Assembly (NCBI GenBank): GCA_951406725.2
Contig: OX597826.1
Coordinates: forward strand, 6,200,001-6,264,000
Reading direction: 5' to 3'
Length of the DNA: 64,000 nt
Origin: Octopus vulgaris
Taxonomy: Eukaryota
Both the position numbers and the translations under genes were made by a program. Positions 55,105 through 64,000 of this stretch are shown here, piece by piece (the stretch's first letter is position 1; the number at the start of each line of letters is the position of its first letter). Under the pieces are notes generated by a model. The model saw only the letters and a list, made by a program, of their open reading frames with translations, was not told the origin of the DNA and ran no database searches.

Positions 55105-56210
55105 CTCCCAATTCAGGTGCACATTTTGTGGGTCATGTCGATTTTACTGCTTATGTGAGCAGCCCAGCTTATGTTGCCTAGAATTGCTCCCAAGTCGCTG
55201 ATGTTGTTGGATGCCACGAGAATGTCACCTTAAGGAATGGAGTATGCGTGTTTTAGGGTATTCCCCTTTTCTAAAGTGGACTAACTTATTATCTAGACTA
55301 ATTTATCCTCGTTCAGCGCCTATTGGATAACAGTTAGTCGGTCAGACTGAGATCTTACCCGGTCACCCACTTCATTGATGATCTTCTGGAGTTCGGAATC
55401 ATCTACAAAGATTCTTATGCTGCTGTGCTTGATGATGTCGGTAACGCCATTAATGTAGATGATGAAAAGAAGTAGGCCCAGCACAGTGCCTTGTGGAACA
55501 CCACTACTGACTTTGACAAGGATTAATTTTATTCCTTCGATTAGAACGTGTTGGGTTCTGTCTGTCGGAAAATATTTGATCACCCATTGACACCAATCTT
55601 GTATAGTTTTTTTTCAGTAGAATCTCATGGTCAATCCTGGCGAAGGCCTTGCTGAAATCAAGGGAGATAGCAGCGGTGTTAGAGCCCTGTCCCAAAGCTC
55701 TCAAGATGCCATCAAATTAATGCAGAAGCTGTGTTAGGCAGTTCCTTCCATTACAGAAGCCATATTGGTTGGAGTTCAGCAGTCTGTTGCTTTCAAGAAA
55801 GTGGGTTATTCGCGATCTCATTACCCTCTCAAAAACCTTGATGATATGAGAGGTGTGTGAGATCGGACGGTACTTCAATGCAAGGGACTTGTTTCGCTTT
55901 TGGAAAAATGAGACAACAGACTGTGACAGAAAGTTTTTTTGGAATAAAGCTAGCATCCAATGGGTTCTTCTACAGATTAGCGAGGGGAGGTGTAAGTTGG
56001 TGACGATACACCTTCATGACACAAGTAGGGAACCTCTAGGGGCCTCGTGTTGAACTGTGTTTAATTCTGTTTATTGCCACAAAGATAGTAGGGGCGCCTA
56101 ACGTTATTGCTGACATAGTGTGTTGGGGGTTGATATCACCGATACAGTCCAGTTCGGCCGTATCAGGACTGCTGAAGACAGAGCAGTATTGTTTCTGCTG
56201 TCTCTCATCC
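55105..56210 (-). mobile_element. CR1/Jockey-group LINE RT fragment, decayed
   Basis: QKQYCSVFSSP..YRPISHTSHIIKVFERV..NQYGFCNGRNCLTQLL..SLDFSKAFARIDH..SGVPQGTVLGLLLFIIYING..IFVDDS..ISDLGAI..SWAAHI, with frameshifts. Confidence 0.92.
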
Positions 56211-56223
56211 ATATATCTATCTA

Positions 56224-56261
<38 letters not shown>

Positions 56262-56269
56262 ATATATAT

Positions 56270-56325
<56 letters not shown>

Positions 56326-56574
56326 TCACATCACAGATCTTTATGAATTCATGTTATAACAGACACTCATATGCTGATTATTTAGATAAAGCTTTCATAC
56401 CTATTCGAATTTTGGAAAAATTAGAAAGTAAAGTATTAAGGAGAGACATTAGAAATGAAAGGAAAATATTCCAATTAAAGGACGACCATATATTAATTCG
56501 ATGAAAGATATAATATATATGTTTGTGTGCGTGTGTGTGTATTGTGCTTGACACTGTTATTATTCGTTTGTTTA

Positions 56575-56770
56575 GTCAGATGTAGAAGTGAATTGCAACG
56601 TCAGCGGTGCTCCGCTGCAGTGGCCTTTCCATTGGACAACGTCGGATTGGTGGGACCTGTATGCATGGCCGACTGGTGGTCTTCCACAAACAACTATACC
56701 CCGACTTGCGTTTCGGAGATTAGTTTCTTAGGTTCAACACCATGGTCATTCGCGACCGAAGGAGATCTTC
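56575..56770 (+). mobile_element. SINE family D, 3' part, diverged
   Basis: GTATGCATGG.CGACTG.TGGTCTTCCA.AAACAAC..CCATGGTCATTC..GACCGAAGG is shared with 62569-62880. Confidence 0.75.
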
Positions 56771-57278
56771 ATATGCATATCTACATACATGCATACATAC
56801 CTATTATTTCATTTGATACGCAGTATATGAGTCAAACTAACTCAATCAAACAAGTTTACATTCAACAGGCATTTAGTATTGTTTCCTTGATAATTATGAT
56901 ACGAAACGTAGACATTGATATATACGCATTTCATGTAAATATTCAGTTCTAAATCAACTTTAGCTGGACTCCCAAAGATCCCACAGCACAGATATATCTT
57001 TTGTTGCCCTCTTCAATTCAAAATCGCTTGGTGTACGGCATACGCTTTATAACATACCAATACTGGAATGATTTGCATTCATCATACTCCATATTTATTA
57101 TCATTGACATTGTATCCAAGGATGTCATTTTCATTGGGATTATACAATGTGTACGTATGTATAAATTTACGTAAATACAGTCATCTATCCATCCATCCAT
57201 GTATACATAGAAACATAGACACATATATATATATATATATACATATATATCTACATACATACATACATACATACATAT

Positions 57279-57338
<60 letters not shown>

Positions 57339-57378
57339 ATATATATATATATTTATATGCATATATATATGCACACAC

Positions 57379-57494
<116 letters not shown>

Positions 57495-57731
57495 GTACTT
57501 ATATATAAGTACTTGCAATGACAAGAAGGAAAAACAATACCTTACGTGAAAATAAATATTTAATGCAATTCTCAAAACAAGCTGATGGATGATAAAATAG
57601 ATAGAGCATCTAAAATATCTGTATACTGCCGTTAATTAAGTTATGGATTTTGAATTATTGTGATTAGTGATGGTAGATACCTACGTAACATTTCCGTCAT
57701 GACGTACCACATATCTCCCGCTGTAACAGAA

Positions 57732-57932
<201 letters not shown>

Positions 57933-58356
57933 CATAGTTTTCATGTATTCATAATACACTACCATAGAGGATTTGTAATTGGCTGTCAGGAATTAAGTAT
58001 GTATTCCACCTAAGAGGCAAAATGCTGGATTACTCCATGTGAATATTGACAACGAACATATTATGATTTAAGAGATGCACATGCAAGTTAAAGAGTAAAG
58101 TTTTATATTCAATTATAGCAGAACACACAAGTGAGATATCTTCAACAATAAAATGACGCATTTGGAAAGATAACCTGTCACAATTCACAAGCTGACTTTT
58201 ATCGGTAATCTCGTTTGTACAATGTTATAATATTGGCTGTATCTATTCTTCGTAGATGCTCCTACATGCGAACATTCATGCATATATAAACTTATACCTA
58301 TACATGCATGCGTATGCACATACGAATATATATATATATATTTATATTTATATGTA

Positions 58357-58412
<56 letters not shown>

Positions 58413-58487
58413 CATACTTATATATATTTATGCATGCATACCTATTTATCCATCTATAAATCTATAAAATATATACATATATATATA

Positions 58488-58536
<49 letters not shown>

Positions 58537-58737
58537 TATATGTATATATGTATACATATACAAGTATATATATTAAATATATATTGCATATGTGCGTACG
58601 TGCTTATATACGTAATATACATCCATAAGCACATTATGTTTAGATATGTAAACACACACATATCTGTAAATATATTTATTTGTATATATATATTTATTTG
58701 TATATATATATATATATATTGTATATATCTTATATAT

Positions 58738-58829
<92 letters not shown>

Positions 58830-59066
58830 ATATATGCATGTTATAATAGTTACGAGGAATGTTCATGCTTGTGTCAAGTTCAGTATGCATCTAACATGTG
58901 CAGATTTTAAATAATGGGAGGTCGACATTCAGATGTAAAATAGAGAAGATATGTGAAGAGGAAGATAATGAATAGGAGAAAATTGAGAAGGATTACGAAA
59001 AGAACCACGAGATGCATATGAAAATAGACATAAGATATGAACAAGGCTTTCTTTATTGGCCACAAG

Positions 59067-59684
59067 AATACTTGGAGCAACACGAGAAGCAATATACTGA
59101 ATTATACAAATATACTTCGAGTAAAAAATTAAAATATCAATGAATACCAATAAAAAAAAAAATTAAATAAGAACAAAATCAATTTCTCCAATAGAGATGG
59201 AAATATATAGGACTAATCAAGGATCAGTAGAGATTGGATTACTCTTAGCATGAAGTGTTAGTATCGTTCACTAGGTGTTACTTGATTTTATTTGATTTTA
59301 CTTGACGTTACTTTTCGGTCAACACTCGTATGCGACTAAGAAATGCCCTTTGTGTGTAAGTTATTCAACAAAATTCCCTGGGAGTTATTAGGTCTACACT
59401 AAAAATGCACAACGTACTTTGTAAGTGAAGAATAAAGAAGTGCAATGACCTTTCAGCCTCCAATAACTCCATGTTTAGATAAAGCCATAACCAATAAAAG
59501 TGTATGTCCATCGAGTCCCAAAGAATTTGTCGGGAATAATCTAAGATTAGACAAGTCTGATAGCAACTGTTGTGTTGCTTGTACTAATTTTTTTTTTTTA
59601 TTGGTATTCATTGATATTTTAATTTTTTACTCGAAGTATATTTGTATAATTCAGTATATTGCTTCTCGCGTTGCTCCAAGTATT
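59067..59684. repeat. Near-perfect inverted repeat, ~100-bp arms, ~420-bp spacer
   Basis: 59067-59165 is the reverse complement of 59585-59684, with one substitution and a homopolymer length difference. Confidence 0.93.
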
Positions 59685-60859
59685 TGATAAACATCCTTAT
59701 TTCTACAAACTCGGACGCTGATCGAGTGTAAGTATATTCGATTCAGTAGTGTTGTATATAAGAGGGGTAGCACTTTTTGAAAACATTCCCCTACTTACTT
59801 ACATTATTTACATTCGATGGATATTTGTCCTCATCTTGTTTGTTGTTAACACCTCGTTAAAGAAAACTGCCATGAATATTATGATCTGACCATGTCAGAT
59901 TCCGCATCTGAAATCCGTAGCAAATATTTAGGCCTATACTGATCATGAATAAATAAATAAAGAAAGAATAGAAAGAAAGAAAGGAAGAAAGAAAGAAAGA
60001 TTGCTAAATATAGTCAACATTAGACCCAATGATGGATGAAGGGGAATGTATTAACGTAACTTGGTTTAAATAAGAATGTGATATCTGACCAAAAAGAGCA
60101 AAGGACTGTACTAATGAATACCAATTTGTAGACATACTTTTATATTTTTGTTGTCTCATGGTATTTTAATAGTAAAATAGATTCTAACAATTATTTTTTA
60201 AAATTTATTTGCCTCTATGATCTATACCCAGGAGTGCTTTACTTATTGGGCAGCGATTATTAGTCCACGATTATCATTTGTTTTGAAGCTGGCAAATACG
60301 TGCTTATGATAGACTTCACGTGTTTATATAAATTCATCTATGTTTATTCCGATTGCTTTGTTTCAAGTGATAAAAATCATGAAAACAGAAATTTTATCTG
60401 AGTAATATAACGGTAATTACGTCAATCCAAATTTACTTAGCTATTTCGACATATTATTGATATCCACGAAAAAAATATTATTTACATTGGGAGTTCGCCA
60501 ATATTAGCGAATATAAATGTCATGTTTTTTCTCACATCACTTCATATTCGTGGTTTATATTCCCCATATCATTCTGAATATCATATTCTCTACCACTTAC
60601 AAGCAATAAACATCAAACTTGAATTCACAAACATGAACACAATATGGTATTCTGAAGCAATTTAGATATAATTAGTTCCAAATTAGTATTAGTGATTTAT
60701 ATGCATCACTATTATAATCATTATAAAACGATTATACTTCGACTTTCTGTTTCGCTATGCCTGTTGATAATATCGTGCCATCCAGTAAATACATCATGTA
60801 TCTAAAATCTTCTTTATCTAGATCATCATACAATCTCCTGATGTTTTATATAATGCGTT

Positions 60860-62290
60860 ATGTTGTGCATATTATACGCGCGCACACAGGCGGACCACAA
60901 AGCACTGCAGAGCGCTGGAGTGGCTGGATCATACCCACCCAGGACCCTGAGAACATCAACCAGGTGAAAAGAATGGCTGCACATGTAATAGGGGCTAGCA
61001 TAAGAACCACTTTGAAGAGCCACATAGTAATATTTAACAGGAAACTTTACATGCCCGTTCAAGGTGCAGCTATTGTAGTCGAAGGGTCTCTAGAGATGTG
61101 GCAGACCTTTTCATGAACTGCCGGGACAGAAAACTTAAACAATACTTAGCGGACCAATCCACAACGGTTTTAATTTACTGTGGGTATGCAGATGACATTA
61201 ATATTATAGTTGGGACAAATTCTATTAACTGTAATGTAGAAACCGAGAGGAACATAATGGAGAACATCCAGCATTTAGCTAACTCCACCCACCGAAGTAT
61301 GAATGTAACTATAGAATTACCTACTAAGCACCCTAACAATAGACTCCCTGATCTTGATACTGAGATTTGGTCAGAGACTGTGAACAACAGAGTGCAGCTC
61401 CTGCATTCCTGTTACGTGAAACCCATAGCTTCTAAACATGTTGGTCACATGAACTCGACTTTGTCACACAATATGAAAATCAACATTCTGATAGAATAAG
61501 GAACAATGTGCCCCCTGCATGCAAAACCTACGAAACAAACAAACATGTACAAAACTTCATGCATCGCATGCAATTCTCTGGATATGATTAGAAACATACA
61601 GTTCGGGCATACAGAGGAGCTAGAAAGAAGTTAGATAGCATTATATGTAATGAAATCCGTGGTACCTGCCCAAGATATAGAAATAAAGACTAGAATAGGA
61701 TACAAAGAGTTTGTGACAAAGCACATGGGAAGGGCACGTAATACAAGACCGAAAAATATCAATGATTGTAGATGCCACAGCCCAGGTTGAATTAGCCGGA
61801 AGATGTAGGAAAGCTCTGAAGGAAGCTAAACGCAACATTAAGACAGTTGAAAATCCAGGAAGCCCCATCAGATCACAACTACGTGGGACGCGTCCCCTTG
61901 TGAATACCACATGGAGCAATGATAACTTCATGGCATGTAAAATTAACTCTGGCATTAACTGTAGAACTAGAGATGTATTCTACAGAACAAGGTACATAGA
62001 GGGTTCTTGTAAAGACAAGGACATGGTATACAAAGGGAGAGATCTAGAAGCATTTTGGAGAGCCTACATGGCATTTGACACAATATGACGGCAAAAAGAG
62101 TTCTCCATACTCTTTTCTATCAACAAGCCAATGACCAATATGGAGGCACACTAGGTCACCTTGACATCCACAATTTATCCAAGCACCCGAAGGACCCAAA
62201 ACCCAGACAAATACAGGAGTACGTCTTCATGGAGGGAACATCTGTACTAAATACGAAATATACGTTGAAGGTAGTCACATTCCAATAACC
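60860..62290 (+). mobile_element. Penelope-like element remnant, RT plus C-terminal GIY-YIG endonuclease (Neptune-like)
   Basis: FNRKLYMPVQGAAI..ADLFM..YCGYADDINI..RLPDLD..YVKPIAS..KINILIE, then a Cys-containing linker, CRTRDVFY..C..VYKG(ETSR-like), and DPKPRQIQE..LNTK. Several frameshifts. Confidence 0.88.
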
Positions 62291-62568
62291 TCACTATATA
62301 TACACACAGGTAGAGTTGTTAGTAGGCTGTTATACAGAGAAATGTATATGTATATATGTATATGTGTATGTGTGTATGTGTGTGTGTAGGTAAATGAATA
62401 TGTAAGTAAACAGATAAACAGATAGGTACATAGGTATTACGGACTGACGGCACACACAAATACATATGCACACATACAAAGACACACTCACACACAAACA
62501 CATGAATATGCAGAATACATACATATGCAAACGTACACACGCATATATATATATATATATATATACAT

Positions 62569-62880
62569 GAGCGTCGAGCTTACGATCGTGAGGTTGTGAG
62601 CTCGAATCCCGGACCGGGCTGCGTGTTGTGTTCTTGAGCAAAGCACTTTATTTCACGTTGCTCCAGTTCACTCAGCTGTAGAAATGAGTTGCGACGTCAC
62701 TGGTGCCAAGCTGTATCGACCTTTGTCTTTCCCTTGGATAACACTGGTGGCGTAGAGAGGGGATGCTGGTATGCATGGGCGACTGCTGGTCTTCCATAAA
62801 CAACCTTGCCCGGACTTGTGTCTAGGAGGGTAACTTTCTAGGTGCAATCCCATGGTCATTCATGACCGAAGGGGGTCTTA
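62569..62880 (+). mobile_element. tRNA-derived SINE family D
   Basis: B-box-like GAGCTCGAATCCC followed by GTTCTTGAGCAAAGCACTT. The 3' part is repeated at 56575-56770. Confidence 0.8.
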
Positions 62881-62888
62881 AGAGAAGA

Positions 62889-63280
<392 letters not shown>

Positions 63281-63781
63281 TATATATATACGTATATATA
63301 TATATATATATATATATAATCAATATATATATATATATGTATGTATGTGTATATTTATATGCATACACAATCAGGCACATACACGCATACACACACATAA
63401 ATACATACATATGTGTATACACATCCACCGTGACGCACACAGATGCGCATAAATATGAAACCAACGAAAAGAACGCCGCTCTGATAATAGACCGAGTCAA
63501 CGTCTATTGAAAAGGTTGCATGTTTAAGGCACCGATAATACCGCGCCTTAAACTTTAGTTTAATATAATAAAAAACAAAAGAGAACAAAAACAAAACAAT
63601 TCAACAACGCGAGAACGTGGTATATGTGAATTATTAGCAGACGCTCAGGGAAGAAAATAAATATGGTTCAACGTATCGGGCGGACGCGCTTCTTTGGAAA
63701 CAAAGGAAAGTTCAATAGAAGGGAAGACGAAGGAAGAAAATTGCCAACGATTAACATGTGGTTACATTTTGAAATGACCGG

Positions 63782-63814
<33 letters not shown>

Positions 63815-64000
63815 ATTGTTATGTAATAATTCTGTATTTGTACTACGTACAGTGACATCTGGAAAGGTTGTTGCATATGTATACTTAATACTTCTAGGCA
63901 GAAGATTTAAGCCGGTCAGTGAACTGAACCTCAGAGGAGAATAACATCTCCCTTTTATGACGACGGTGTGTTCAACACACTCGTCTCATTGACACACGAC

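Overview
AT-rich, microsatellite-dense eukaryotic DNA, probably intergenic or intronic. I could not support any host protein-coding exon, rRNA, true tRNA or CRISPR array. The SINE and MITE families resemble those I recall from Octopus genomes, so the taxon call is inference. The window is a graveyard of mobile elements: several tRNA-headed SINE families, three decayed mariner transposons plus MITEs, a non-autonomous Helitron, RTE and CR1-group LINE fragments, a Gypsy integrase remnant and at least three Penelope-like element (PLE) RT/GIY-YIG fragments. Most long ORFs in the track are (TA)n, (CA)n, (AAT)n or (CTT)n artefacts. The most interesting signal is non-coding. There is a set of type I hammerhead-ribozyme motifs (CUGANGA...GAAAC-self-complementary stem III-GUH), typical of PLE terminal repeats. 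Four of them lie in two adjacent inverted-repeat pairs at 21.7-23.4 kb. Four further long palindromes or inverted repeats occur, mostly next to (TA)n tracts. All alignments and folds were done by eye.
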